From assembly GCA_965261395.1 (NCBI GenBank), contig OZ253462.1:1056001-1120000 (forward strand): a DNA stretch of 64,000 nt. The letters are read 5' to 3'. Position 1 is the first letter of the stretch. Each line of letters opens with the position of its first letter. This DNA is from Candidatus Latescibacterota bacterium. Its GTDB lineage: Bacteria > Latescibacterota > UBA2968 > UBA8231. Positions 41,215 to 53,168 of this stretch are shown here, in pieces. Made by a program: the position numbers and the translations under genes. The notes beneath the pieces are model-generated. The model searched no databases. It was not told the DNA's origin and saw nothing but the letters and a program-made list of their open reading frames with translations.

Positions 41215-44200
41215 AGGATTTCCTCCAGTATGTCGCGCGCCTTTTCCAAGCGCTCTATCTCGTCGCGGCCTGGCACTCGGACCTCGATCTTGAGCTGCTC
41301 ACCCAAGTCGAAGTCTAGCTGAGTAGAACACTGCTCCACCATCTTCTGGATGTCGGCTGGTGAGATCGGCCGGTCTGGCGGAAAGGCGAGGCGAAAGTAA
41401 GTCTGCTCCAACTGAACGCTTTCGAGGCCGAGTTGGCGGGCCATGATCTTGATTTCCATGATGTGCATTAGCGAGCGAGCTGGCTGGGGCAGACGCCCAA
41501 AGCGATCCTGCATCTCCTCGCGGATATCCAGAAGATCGACAATGCGGCCGGCGTCGGCTAAGCGCTGGTAGAACTCCATCTTTTGGTCCGGGTCGCGCAG
41601 GTACTCGTCTGGAATATAAGCCGATACCGCGATTTTTATCTCGGGCTCGGGGTTATCGGGCGAGTACTCGCCCTTGATTTCGCGCATGGCCTCGTCCAAC
41701 AGGCGGCAGTAGAGGTCGAAGCCGACGGCGGCGATAAATCCGTGTTGCTGCGCCCCCACTAGGTTGCCGGCACCGCGAATTTCTAGATCGCGCATGGCGA
41801 TGTTAAACCCAGACCCCAAATCGGCGAATTCCTCGATGGCGCGTAGGCGCATACGGCTCTTCTTGGTCAATTTCTTGCCCTTGGGTACCAGCAGATAAGC
41901 GTAGGCGCGCTCGTTGGAGCGGCCAACCCGGCCCCTGATCTGGTAGAGCTGGCTCAGTCCCAGCGCGTCGGCGCGGTTGACGATGATAGTGTTAACCGAA
42001 GGGATGTCGATACCCGATTCAATGATCATGGTGCAGACTAAGCAGTCGTATTTTCGTTCCAGGAAATCGACCATCACCTTCTCTAGCTGCTTGGGCGGCA
42101 TCTGCCCGTGGGCGACGCCGAAGTGCACCTGTGGCAGGAGGTCTTGCAGATATTCCTTGAGCCGCTGGATCGACTGTACTCGGTTGTGGACGACGTAAAC
42201 TTGCCCGCCGCGCTCGACCTCGCGGTGGATGGCCTCGGCGATGCGGGCCTCGTCAAAAGCTAGGATCTCGGTGTGGATGGGCAGGCGATCCTGCGGTGGG
42301 GTGTTGATCACCGACATGTCCCGAGAACCCATCATCGACATGTGCAGGGTGCGCGGGATCGGGGTTGCCGTCAGGGTCAGCACATCGACGAGCCGCTTTA
42401 GCTGCTTGAGCCGCTCCTTGTGGCGGACCCCAAAGCGCTGCTCTTCATCGACGACCAAAAGCCCTAAGTCGCGGAAGCGAATGTCCTTGGAGAGGATGCG
42501 ATGGGTACCTATGAGCACATCGACTTGGCCGCTTTTGACGTCTTGGAGGATCTGCTGCTGTTCCTTGGGGGAACGGAAGCGGCTGAGCACCTCAACGCGC
42601 GCTGGGGTGTGCCCCATGCGTTCCGAGAAGGTCTGGTAGTGCTGCTCGGCGAGAATGGTGGTGGGCACCAGTACGGCGGTCTGCTTGTGGTCGCAGATGG
42701 CCTTGAAGGCGGCGCGCACGGCGACCTCGGTTTTGCCATAGCCGACGTCGCCGCAGACTAAGCGATCCATCGGATGCGGCGCTTCCATATCCTTTTTGAC
42801 GTCCTCCATGGTGCGCAACTGGTCGGGCGTCTCTTGGAAGGGAAAGGCCGCCTCTAACTCGCGGTGCAGCGGGCCATCGGCAGAGAACACAAAGCCGGGC
42901 CGGGCCTTGCGCTCGGCGTAGAGGTGCACCAACTCGCTGGCCATTTTGAAGATCTCTTCGCGCGTGCGCTCCTTGAGTTTTTCCCACGCGGCGCTGCCCA
43001 GCTTGTTGAGCAGGGGTGTCTCGCCTTCGGCGCTGGAATACTTGCGCAGGCGGTCGAGTTGTTCGACCGGGACGAAGACGCGGTCTTGGTCCTGATAGGC
43101 CACGACGAGGCAATCGTGCTCGCGTCCGCCGATCCGCAGGCGGCGGATGCCCGAGTAGCGGCCAATGCCGTGGTCGATGTGGACGACGAAATCGCCGCGC
43201 TGCAAGGCACCGTAGTTGGCGATGGACTTGGCTGAGCGGAACCGGCGGTAGCGGTAGCGGGGCTTCTGGCGGTTAAAGATCTCGTGGTCGTTGAGTAGGG
43301 CTAGCTGGGCTTGCGGAAAGGTGAAGCCTCGGTGCAGCGAGCCAAGCCCGAAGTGGATCTCGGGGCAGTCGGCGAAAATCTCTTGTAAACGGCTCGCCTG
43401 CCCCTGGGTCTCGCAGCGGATGTGGATAGCATAGGACTCCGTTGCGAGCCGGTCGATTTCCTGTTGGAGGAGGGCGCGCTCACCGGCAAAGACGCGCGGC
43501 TCCGTGGCCTCGAAGCGGACGGCGTTATCGAGTTGGCCCAAGGGCGCCGGCTCGAGCCGAGTGCGGTCGCCTAGCTGCGCGATGAGCCAATCCCCGTCGC
43601 GCAGGAGTGCCGACGGGGGCAGCCGCGATTCTTTTTGTCGCGACCGCTCGTACTCTTGGCGCGGCTTCGCTAGAGCCTTGTCGAGGGCCGCGGCGATGTC
43701 CTCGCGCTCCGCCAAAAAGAGCACTGGCTCTTTGAGATACTCGAAAAGCCCGTCGTCGCGGCCGTAGAGCAGGGAGGTGTAGCACTCAATGCCGTCGAGC
43801 GACTCGCCTAGCTCTAGCTGGTCTTTCAGCGGAGCGAGGGCTTCCACCGCGCCAGCGGCCTCAATCCGCTGGAGGTAATCTTCGTAAAAGGGAGAATCGA
43901 GCAGCACCTCGCGCGCTGGCAGCACCCAAGCCTCTTCGCAGGTGCTCAGCGAGCGCTGGGTGCTGACGTCGAAGTGGCGGATGGATTCGATTTCATCGCC
44001 GAAAAACTCGCAGCGATAGGGATGCTCAACGCCGAAAGGGTATATGTCGAGGATGCCGCCGCGCAGGCTGAACTGCCCGATGCCGTCGATGGACGCCACG
44101 CGATCAAAGCCGCAGGCGACCCAGTGCGAGCAGAGCGCGTCGAGGTCTCGTTCCTCCCCTACCTTGAGAATCTCCGTGCCCAATTCGAGGGCATGGGGCG

Positions 44201-44609
44201 GGATTAGCGGATCGAGCAGGGCCGAGACCGGGGCGACGACGATGGCCGGTTCGCCGCGCATGAGCCGCGCGGCGGCGGCCACGCGCAAGCTGGTAATTTC
44301 GAGATCCGGGGACTGCCGGTCGTAGATGCCAACGTCCCAAGCGGGGAAGTAATAGACCATCTGCTCGCCGGCGATGACTTGGAGATCGTCGCGCCACTGC
44401 TCGGCCTGGTCCTCGTCGGCCGTGACGATGAGCACCGGGCGTTCGAGGGCCGTGCGGATGTGACTGGTGAGAAAGGCGGCTAGGGTCGTAGGCAGCCCGT
44501 GGATCAGGATGTGTTGCTGTCCATTCGCAAGCCGGGCGGCGATCTCTTTGAAACTGTCCGTCTGGGACGTCAGGCGAACGATGTGATCCAGTGAATGGGC
44601 AGAATCCAT
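41211..44609 (-). CDS. mfd: Transcription-repair coupling factor
   Basis: VVHIDHGIGRY, GDVGYGKTEVA, DEEQRFGV, TATPIPRT, QIRGRVGRS. Confidence 0.98.
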   Translation of the reverse strand: MDSAHSLDHIVRLTSQTDSFKEIAARLANGQQHILIHGLPTTLAAFLTSHIRTALERPVLIVTADEDQAEQWRDDLQVIAGEQMVYYFPAWDVGIYDRQSPDLEITSLRVAAAARLMRGEPAIVVAPVSALLDPLIPPHALELGTEILKVGEERDLDALCSHWVACGFDRVASIDGIGQFSLRGGILDIYPFGVEHPYRCEFFGDEIESIRHFDVSTQRSLSTCEEAWVLPAREVLLDSPFYEDYLQRIEAAGAVEALAPLKDQLELGESLDGIECYTSLLYGRDDGLFEYLKEPVLFLAEREDIAAALDKALAKPRQEYERSRQKESRLPPSALLRDGDWLIAQLGDRTRLEPAPLGQLDNAVRFEATEPRVFAGERALLQQEIDRLATESYAIHIRCETQGQASRLQEIFADCPEIHFGLGSLHRGFTFPQAQLALLNDHEIFNRQKPRYRYRRFRSAKSIANYGALQRGDFVVHIDHGIGRYSGIRRLRIGGREHDCLVVAYQDQDRVFVPVEQLDRLRKYSSAEGETPLLNKLGSAAWEKLKERTREEIFKMASELVHLYAERKARPGFVFSADGPLHRELEAAFPFQETPDQLRTMEDVKKDMEAPHPMDRLVCGDVGYGKTEVAVRAAFKAICDHKQTAVLVPTTILAEQHYQTFSERMGHTPARVEVLSRFRSPKEQQQILQDVKSGQVDVLIGTHRILSKDIRFRDLGLLVVDEEQRFGVRHKERLKQLKRLVDVLTLTATPIPRTLHMSMMGSRDMSVINTPPQDRLPIHTEILAFDEARIAEAIHREVERGGQVYVVHNRVQSIQRLKEYLQDLLPQVHFGVAHGQMPPKQLEKVMVDFLERKYDCLVCTMIIESGIDIPSVNTIIVNRADALGLSQLYQIRGRVGRSNERAYAYLLVPKGKKLTKKSRMRLRAIEEFADLGSGFNIAMRDLEIRGAGNLVGAQQHGFIAAVGFDLYCRLLDEAMREIKGEYSPDNPEPEIKIAVSAYIPDEYLRDPDQKMEFYQRLADAGRIVDLLDIREEMQDRFGRLPQPARSLMHIMEIKIMARQLGLESVQLEQTYFRLAFPPDRPISPADIQKMVEQCSTQLDFDLGEQLKIEVRVPGRDEIERLEKARDILEEIL

Positions 44610-44688
44610 TCCGTTCTCAACGTGCTATTAAAGAAGTTTATGCGGCGAAAATAGCCGGAGCAGGGCCTACCCGCGGTCGAGAAATCCG

Positions 44689-44725
44689 AAAAAAAGGGTC
44701 TGCGACGGCATGTCGTAAACCCTTT
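44689..44725 (-). terminator. Intrinsic terminator downstream of tRNA-Ala
   Basis: Minus strand AAAGGGTTTACGAC-ATGCC-GTCGCAGACCCTTTTTTT. Confidence 0.7.
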
Positions 44726-44744
44726 ACTACCTGACAGCTTATCA

Positions 44745-44820
44745 TGGTGGAGCTGAGGGGAATCGAACCCCTGACCTCCTGAATGCCATTCAGGCGCTCT
44801 CCCAACTGAGCTACAGCCCC
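44745..44820 (-). tRNA. tRNA-Ala (GGC)
   Basis: GGGGCTGTAGCTCAGTTGGGAGAGCGCCTGAATGGCATTCAGGAGGTCAGGGGTTCGATTCCCCTCAGCTCCACCA; 76 nt, G3-U70 pair, encoded CCA. Confidence 0.98.
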
Positions 44821-44872
44821 ATAAGACCAAAAAAGATAAGCAATCCCCCGCTACATCGTCAAGGAGGCGAGT

Positions 44873-45424
44873 TCAGCCGCCGTTAATCACCACGCCCATA
44901 TTGAGGTCGGCGACCGCGTAGTCGTCGCGGTCGGAGAAACTGGGTCCCAGCGAAAAGAAGGCCACGCGCACTTGCACTTGCATTCCCGCGTCGAAGTCGT
45001 CGCTGGTCCTCAGCGTGAGCGTCCCTAGGATATCATCGCCCTTTTTGGTTTGGGTAATGCTCGCGCCGCCGGTGCGCCACAGCCCCTCTTCCATCAGCTC
45101 AATGCTAAAGGGCGGGGTGAGAAAAGGCTCGGTGGCGGCGAAGGAAGAGCCTTCAAAAGCCAAGGCATTGGCCGGCTCAATCTCTAGGCGCAACTCAAAC
45201 TGTTTGACGTTTATCATGCCTTGGGCCGCAAAGGTGAGGACGACCTCTTGACCGGGGCTGGTAGCCGTGAATTGGCTCTCCTCGATGTGAATGCTTTGCG
45301 CGTAGCGGCCGTCGAGCTGGGCTGAGAGTGCCGGGGGATTCGCGCTAGGGCTTTGGGTCGAATCGGTGCCACAGGAAGCGAACAACGCGGCGAAGAGGAG
45401 TAAAGCACAGCGGCGAATTTTCAT
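44873..45424 (-). CDS. Hypothetical lipoprotein (beta-rich)
   Basis: Lipobox FASC after a hydrophobic stretch; GAGG RBS. Confidence 0.7.
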   Translation of the reverse strand: MKIRRCALLLFAALFASCGTDSTQSPSANPPALSAQLDGRYAQSIHIEESQFTATSPGQEVVLTFAAQGMINVKQFELRLEIEPANALAFEGSSFAATEPFLTPPFSIELMEEGLWRTGGASITQTKKGDDILGTLTLRTSDDFDAGMQVQVRVAFFSLGPSFSDRDDYAVADLNMGVVINGG

Positions 45425-45591
45425 GGGACACCTCATCGGAAGCCTTTGTTTGACAGCCTGTTAAGGGCAGCGCTTGCTTCAAGTAGGTTGTTTGGGGCTA
45501 ATTAAGCAAGCATTTTATCCCCATGGGAACTTAAGAAACGGGCTTGAACCGTCGGGCCGTGTATTAGATATTTAGGCATGATGAGGGCGAT

Positions 45592-45945
45592 ATGTTCTAC
45601 TACTTCCTATATGCGGCCTGCGGGGTCTTCCTAATCTGCCTGGCCTATGCGGCCTATGTGATCTTGGGACGGCTAGTAGTCTTGCGCGGCTTGCGGCAGC
45701 TCGCCTTCCGAGTGCAGATGCTGGCCCACGGCCGCACCTCGCGGCTCGGCAGTCTGCTCAACGCCCACCCGCTCTTGTTGTTTTTCTCTGACCGGCTCTC
45801 CGTCGAACTCGAGCGCGAGCTCGTTCACTTGGAGCGCCGCCGCCGCATCCAAACCCCCTATCAGTCGCGGCAATGTATGCCATTCGCGTTAGACCGCCTC
45901 AAGCTGTTGAGACGCCGCGTCGAGCGAATTGAGCAAACGATCTAA
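45592..45945 (+). CDS. Hypothetical membrane-anchored protein
   Basis: N-terminal TM helix; GAGGG RBS. Confidence 0.55.
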   Translation: MFYYFLYAACGVFLICLAYAAYVILGRLVVLRGLRQLAFRVQMLAHGRTSRLGSLLNAHPLLLFFSDRLSVELERELVHLERRRRIQTPYQSRQCMPFALDRLKLLRRRVERIEQTI

Positions 45946-46433
45946 GGCACAGTTGCTTGCAGCCGCAGCCACGCGTTGCCGCGCCGCATCTCCACTTGCA
46001 TCTCGGTACCAATACTGAGGCCGGACTGCACGGTGCCAAAGTCCGCGAGGTGAGCATCGACATAGGCGTCGATGGCAGCCAAAGCGACCGAGAGCGCGAA
46101 ATAGAGCAGGCGACTGTTGCGGCGGGCGGTGCGGTCTTGGTGTTCTTCGGGTGTGGGTGCGGAACGGATGCGGCGGTGCTCGACCACGACCGCGGTGAGG
46201 GCTGTCGCGCTAGCAGCACCGAAGAACAATCCCTTGATGGGGCGGCCATTGTAGTACTGGCCCCAGCCGGGCAGCACGGCCGACCGCAGGAGCGCACCAT
46301 GCGCCGAAGACAGGGTGTCGGTGCGAGTCGAATCGGTTGCTGCCTCTGTGGCGCCGGCCGGTCGCCCCGCGAGCAGGGCGAGGAGCAAGCTAGCCCAGCC
46401 GCATGCCAGCCGCAATCGGGTAGCCCCGCACAA
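45942..46433 (-). CDS. DUF5683-like membrane protein (start uncertain)
   Basis: ALLRSAVLPGWGQYYN..K and AIDAYVDAHL motifs. Confidence 0.72.
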   Translation of the reverse strand: MCGATRLRLACGWASLLLALLAGRPAGATEAATDSTRTDTLSSAHGALLRSAVLPGWGQYYNGRPIKGLFFGAASATALTAVVVEHRRIRSAPTPEEHQDRTARRNSRLLYFALSVALAAIDAYVDAHLADFGTVQSGLSIGTEMQVEMRRGNAWLRLQATVP

Positions 46434-47313
46434 AGGCCGTTCCCTCCATGGCGGCTTTGCCCGCCGGTTGTATTTGGGTTAGTTGCAGGGCACCCTCTCC
46501 GCAGGCCACGGTTAAACCGCGACGGCCGTCGGCGCAGAGTACAATGCCGGGTGCTCCACAGCCCGCCGCGCGCTGAGTCCGGTGCACTTTGAGCGTTTTG
46601 CCTTGCCATTGGGTATAGGCACCGGGCGCGGGATTCATGCCGCGGACGAGGTTGCGGACCCGCTCGGCTGGTTGGTGCCAGTCAATCTGGCCGTCCTCTT
46701 TGGTCAACTTGGGGGCCCGACTGATGCCATCCGTGCCTTGGGGCCGTCCGGTGAGGCGGCCTTCCTCCAGCCCATCGACGGTCGCCACGACCATCTTGGC
46801 ACCCTCCACACACAAGCGGGCCTCCAGCTCGCCGGCCGTCTCGTCACAGCCGACGGCAAAGCGGCGCTGGAGTAGGATGTGCCCCGTGTCGATGTGCGGG
46901 CTAAGTTGGAAAGTGGTGATGCCGGTCTCCTTCTCCCCATTGGCCACCGCCCAGATAACGGGGGCCGCGCCGCGATACGCTGGCAACAGCGAGGGATGCA
47001 GGTTGATTGAGCCGAGGCGAGGAATGGCGAGGAGGTGCCGGGGCAGGATTGAAAAAGCGACGACAACAAAGAGGTCGGGCATGCGAGCGGCTAGAGTTGC
47101 GGATAGCGCTGGGTCTTTGACCGTGGTCGGTTGCAGTACTTCTAATCCGAGCTTTAGGGCTTGTTCTTTGACGGGCGGACTTGCAAGCTGGCGGCCCCGT
47201 CCTTGGGGTCGGTCGGGATTGGTGACAACGGCGATGATCTGGTGGCGGCTCTGGGCGAGGGATTTTAAGGAGGGAACCGCAAAGCGAGGGGTTCCCATAA
47301 ATACAAGCCTCAC
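46390..47313 (-). CDS. fmt: Methionyl-tRNA formyltransferase
   Basis: VFMGTPRFA, TNPDRPQGRG, NLHPSLLPAYRGAAP. Confidence 0.97.
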   Translation of the reverse strand: MRLVFMGTPRFAVPSLKSLAQSRHQIIAVVTNPDRPQGRGRQLASPPVKEQALKLGLEVLQPTTVKDPALSATLAARMPDLFVVVAFSILPRHLLAIPRLGSINLHPSLLPAYRGAAPVIWAVANGEKETGITTFQLSPHIDTGHILLQRRFAVGCDETAGELEARLCVEGAKMVVATVDGLEEGRLTGRPQGTDGISRAPKLTKEDGQIDWHQPAERVRNLVRGMNPAPGAYTQWQGKTLKVHRTQRAAGCGAPGIVLCADGRRGLTVACGEGALQLTQIQPAGKAAMEGTAFVRGYPIAAGMRLG

Positions 47314-47660
47314 TACTTCCCCTTGCCGTCGGCGTCTTCTTTGTTTTTTACCCGCGAAACGGCCGCCCGCGAGATTTCGACCTTGACGTTCTCGGCGATT
47401 TTGACCACGAGGATATCGTCTTTGATGTTGAGAATGGTACCGTGGATCCCACCGCTGGTGACAATTTCATCGTTTTTTTCGAGTTCGTCAATCATCCGCT
47501 GTTGGTTCTTCTGCTTCTTCATCTGGGGCCTCAACAGCAAGAGGTAGAGAACCAAGAACATCAGCGCAAAGGGCAGGAGCGAGGCGATGGGGTTGGGCTG
47601 TCCGCCGCCGTCGGCGGGCGAGCCGCCCAAGGCGTAAGCCGTGGAAATGAGATCGAACAC
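47313..47660 (-). CDS. yajC: Preprotein translocase subunit YajC
   Basis: YLLLLRPQMKK, IVTSGGIHG. Confidence 0.95.
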   Translation of the reverse strand: MFDLISTAYALGGSPADGGGQPNPIASLLPFALMFLVLYLLLLRPQMKKQKNQQRMIDELEKNDEIVTSGGIHGTILNIKDDILVVKIAENVKVEISRAAVSRVKNKEDADGKGK

Positions 47661-47755
47661 GGATCAATTCCTTTCGTCAGGGTAAGAGCGATAAACCAAA
47701 TACTCGTCTAGGCAACGCGCCGCCTAAAATGCGCGGCCTTTGCGGCAAAATGTTC

Positions 47756-47819
47756 AGAGTACGAGGCGGGAACGCCTTTGTCAAACCCTTTGACATTACA
47801 GCACGCTCGCCATTAAGAT
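47756..47819. promoter_or_regulatory. Back-to-back divergent sigma70 promoters
   Basis: Minus TTGACA(47779-84)-N17-TACTCT; plus TTGACA(47790-95)-N18-TAAGAT. Confidence 0.6.
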
Positions 47820-47852
47820 GATGATGACAAGCTCGAGACAGGAGAATTGGAC

Positions 47853-48422
47853 ATGAGCAGAAAAAGACGCAACAGCGATTCGCGGCCCAAGGGACTGAAC
47901 AAGCATCAGCGGGCGGCTTTCCGCCTAGGCGAGATGCGCGTGGGGCGCGAAGAGATTCAAGAACTGTTGCAAATGTCGCGTAGCGCCGATCCAGAAGATC
48001 GCTTACAGGCAGCGTCCTTTTTGTGCCCTTGCCACGTGCGTCGGAGCATAAACGAGGTTTGGCAAGCACTCTATCGGATGCTCGAAGACCAAGATACGCG
48101 GGTGCGCCGCGCCGCGTGGCACACGCTCGAAGACGGCGGCAAACCCGACGATCCAGCGCTCGACGAGATCATAGAGCGCACCTTGGAGCGCGAGACCGAC
48201 AAGCAAGTGCTCAACTTTGCGCGGTTATTTTCCCAAGGGCGCGAAAAGCGCAAACAAGTCGAGTTCGAAATAGCGGCGGTTCCCGAGTACACAGAGCGCG
48301 GCAAGTGCGATTTCTGCGGTAAGCAGTTCGTGCCGGTCAAGAAGGATTTTGCGACCGAACTCGACGTGGGCGGAGCGCGGCGGTTCGCCCACGTCTGCGC
48401 GCCCTGCGACCAAGCGGCCTGA
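47853..48422 (+). CDS. HEAT-repeat protein with CPCH motif and C-terminal CxxC..CxxC
   Basis: EDRLQAASFLCPCH, DTRVRRAAWHTL, KCDFCG..VCAPC. Confidence 0.75.
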   Translation: MSRKRRNSDSRPKGLNKHQRAAFRLGEMRVGREEIQELLQMSRSADPEDRLQAASFLCPCHVRRSINEVWQALYRMLEDQDTRVRRAAWHTLEDGGKPDDPALDEIIERTLERETDKQVLNFARLFSQGREKRKQVEFEIAAVPEYTERGKCDFCGKQFVPVKKDFATELDVGGARRFAHVCAPCDQAA

Positions 48423-48432
48423 GCCGATTCTT

Positions 48433-50696
<2,264 letters not shown>

Positions 50697-50700
50697 CGGC

Positions 50701-51369
50701 TCAGGGTGCTATTTTTTGCTTTAGTGCCGCCCAGCTAAAGGCGTTTGCCAAGTGCTTGCCGGCCCCGCCGCAGGCACCTGTCAAGGCCTCGTTCTCCCAG
50801 CGGACAATTTTCCACAGATCGTCGTTTGGGTCGAGGCGGAGCTTGTAGGTCATGTTCTGATCTACGCGGAAGCCCTCGCCAGCCGATTCCAGCATCTCCA
50901 TTTGGACCTGCCCATAGAAGACCTCCCAGTCTTCGTCTGGGTGTCCGTCGGGGTCCTCGGGAAAGGCTTCTGGATATTCGGAGCCGAGTTCTTGATAGCG
51001 GCGCTTGAGCGTAAAGTCGAAGGTAAAATTATGGCGGAACCTATCGAAAATACCCTCCTGCGAACCATCGCGGCTGCCAGCCATGATCTCTAGCTCTTCT
51101 TCAAAATTGTTGTGGAAGACCACTTCGCCGAGGCAATCCCATTCGGTAAACAAGAAGTCTTGGTCGAGCAGGCTCTCGTAGAGCTCTTCGTCGCGGGTGC
51201 GCATGGCGCGGGCGAGGTTGTCCATGAGTTGCTCAGGGGTAGTGGCCTCGGGGGCAGGCGGGAGCGGTGGTATAACATCTTTGAGGTCCTGTGTCGGAGG
51301 TGCAAAAGGATTGCTGCAGACGCTCAAGGCGAGGAAGCAGCAAAAGCTCAAGAAGGTGAGTGATTTCAC
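50701..51369 (-). CDS. Hypothetical lipoprotein (NTF2-like pattern)
   Basis: Signal peptide with C-S-N-P-F; TTPEQLMDNL..Y..LLDQDFLF..WKIVRW..SWAALK. Confidence 0.7.
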   Translation of the reverse strand: MKSLTFLSFCCFLALSVCSNPFAPPTQDLKDVIPPLPPAPEATTPEQLMDNLARAMRTRDEELYESLLDQDFLFTEWDCLGEVVFHNNFEEELEIMAGSRDGSQEGIFDRFRHNFTFDFTLKRRYQELGSEYPEAFPEDPDGHPDEDWEVFYGQVQMEMLESAGEGFRVDQNMTYKLRLDPNDDLWKIVRWENEALTGACGGAGKHLANAFSWAALKQKIAP

Positions 51370-51445
51370 GGTCGTACTCCGGGTCGGTGTCGTGCGATTA
51401 GTTGTGCTAGTTAAGATACAAATCAGAGGGACGATTATCAAAGAT

Positions 51446-52198
51446 TCACTGCGAGAAGAGCGCCCGCAACTCCCCCCAAGAGAACTTCGCCGAAGCTCGG
51501 TCGCGCCGGTCGCGCCAAGCCGCGATCGACCACACGGGATTTTCCACCGTGGGCGTCACCAAATCGATTTCCGCAAGGCCCTTAATGCCGATCGTGTTGA
51601 ATGTCGTTTCCACTGAGTCTGCCCCGGTCGCGCTGCTTATCTCGACGAACTCGGCTTCGTAGGGAAAGATGAAGGTTTCGCGTAGCTCGTCGTCGGCCGG
51701 GATGCGCTCGTCCGAGGACGATTTGAACCAGCGTATAAAGCGCGCACTCTGGATCCGCTCCGGTGAGAGAATGATGCGGGCGAAGTTGCGCTCCTCAGCC
51801 GCCCCCCAGAGAGTATCGCGGTCGGCGTTGTATATCGTTGGATATAGCTGCACATCTTCGGGGTTGGGGTCGAAGACAAAGTCGTCGGTAAACTGCTCCA
51901 TGTACTGTTGAGGGCTGCGGGATTCGGGTTGGGCTTGAAAGATAGAAGCGAGATTGGCCAGCACGTATTCGGGGCGCGTGCGCTCGCGCAGGAAGATCTG
52001 TTGGCCACTAGGGCAGTCGGGAATCTGGGTCGATAGCGGGGTCTTAGGGTCGGGGCGCTCCTCGGCCACGCTGTCGGCACAATGGGGAAAAAGCTGGACA
52101 CTCGTGTCGGGCGCGCAGCGACAATCCACTTGTTCGCTGTCCCCTATGGCACAGCCAGCCAACAGCACCGCGAGCAGAAATGATAGGGACGAGAGCAT
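51446..52198 (-). CDS. Hypothetical lipoprotein, paralog of neighbour
   Basis: Lipobox LAGC; TRPEYVLANL..Y..FTDDFVF..WSIAAW..SWGELR. Confidence 0.72.
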   Translation of the reverse strand: MLSSLSFLLAVLLAGCAIGDSEQVDCRCAPDTSVQLFPHCADSVAEERPDPKTPLSTQIPDCPSGQQIFLRERTRPEYVLANLASIFQAQPESRSPQQYMEQFTDDFVFDPNPEDVQLYPTIYNADRDTLWGAAEERNFARIILSPERIQSARFIRWFKSSSDERIPADDELRETFIFPYEAEFVEISSATGADSVETTFNTIGIKGLAEIDLVTPTVENPVWSIAAWRDRRDRASAKFSWGELRALFSQ

Positions 52199-52206
52199 GG
52201 CGCGGC

Positions 52207-53151
52207 TCAGTGGGTGACAAAAGGCACGGGAGCGAAACAGACGACAAAGATCAGCAGGCAGAGGTAGCCAACGAAGTACCGGCCGCGGTCCAGCGTGATA
52301 AAGGGGTCGTAGGGGGCCGGGTGATCCTTGCCAAAAAGCGCGAGGAAAAAGGCCAGCGCGAGCCACCCCGGCCATCCCTGGGGCCACCCCCACAGCAGCG
52401 ATAGGACCCCATAAAGCCCCAAGGCCAACAAAGCGACGTAGGTCGTGCGGGCGATCTGCCGGTGCCGGGGGCCAAAGAGCGCGTACGCGATATGGCCCCC
52501 GTCGAGTTGGCCGATCGGAAAGAGGTTGAAGGCCGTAATAAACAGCCCGACCCAACCGGCAAAAGCCACCGGGTCTAAGAGGACCATTTGGTCCGGCCCA
52601 ATGGCGGGTAAGACGAGAGCGGCGATGCCAGAAAAGAGCAAGGGTGCCCCCAATTCGATTGGGGAAGAGTGAAAGTAATCGACTGAGACCACGGCCGAGC
52701 GCGAAAGCCCGGCGAAGCAAGCCGCGAGGGCGACGACAAAGCCCGCTAGGGGGCCAGCGGCACCAATGTCGAGGAGGGCGCGTTTGTTGGGGATGGGGGA
52801 GCGAATTTTGATGACCGCGCCCAAAGTGCCGAGAAAGGAAACATAGGGCAGGGGGAGAAAGTAAGGCAGCGAGGCCCTGACTCCCCAGCGGCGCGCAGCA
52901 AAGTAATGGCCAAATTCGTGGACCGTAAGAATAAAAAGTAAGGTCGCGGCAAAAGGGATGCCCTCGACGAGGTGAACCAAGGCCGCGATGCTGGTCAGCG
53001 GGTCAACCCCTTGCTGCATGGCACCAGCCGTCGTAGTCGAAGCAATGGTACAGAAAAACAGCAGCAGGTGGACCCATACGCGCGAGGAGTTGGCGTACTG
53101 GACCGGGAGAGATGCCGGGGTTGGCGAGGTTGGCGGCACCACCGGCGACAC
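52207..53151 (-). CDS. Site-2 protease (M50) family membrane metalloprotease
   Basis: HEFGH, AGPLAG, NLFPIGQLDGGHI. Confidence 0.92.
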   Translation of the reverse strand: MSPVVPPTSPTPASLPVQYANSSRVWVHLLLFFCTIASTTTAGAMQQGVDPLTSIAALVHLVEGIPFAATLLFILTVHEFGHYFAARRWGVRASLPYFLPLPYVSFLGTLGAVIKIRSPIPNKRALLDIGAAGPLAGFVVALAACFAGLSRSAVVSVDYFHSSPIELGAPLLFSGIAALVLPAIGPDQMVLLDPVAFAGWVGLFITAFNLFPIGQLDGGHIAYALFGPRHRQIARTTYVALLALGLYGVLSLLWGWPQGWPGWLALAFFLALFGKDHPAPYDPFITLDRGRYFVGYLCLLIFVVCFAPVPFVTH

Positions 53152-53168
53152 TGTTTTACGCCAGAAGT

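Noticed and set aside
44745-44820. tRNA-Ala as an island integration site
   Set aside because: No integrase and no duplicated tRNA 3' end seen; mfd follows directly.
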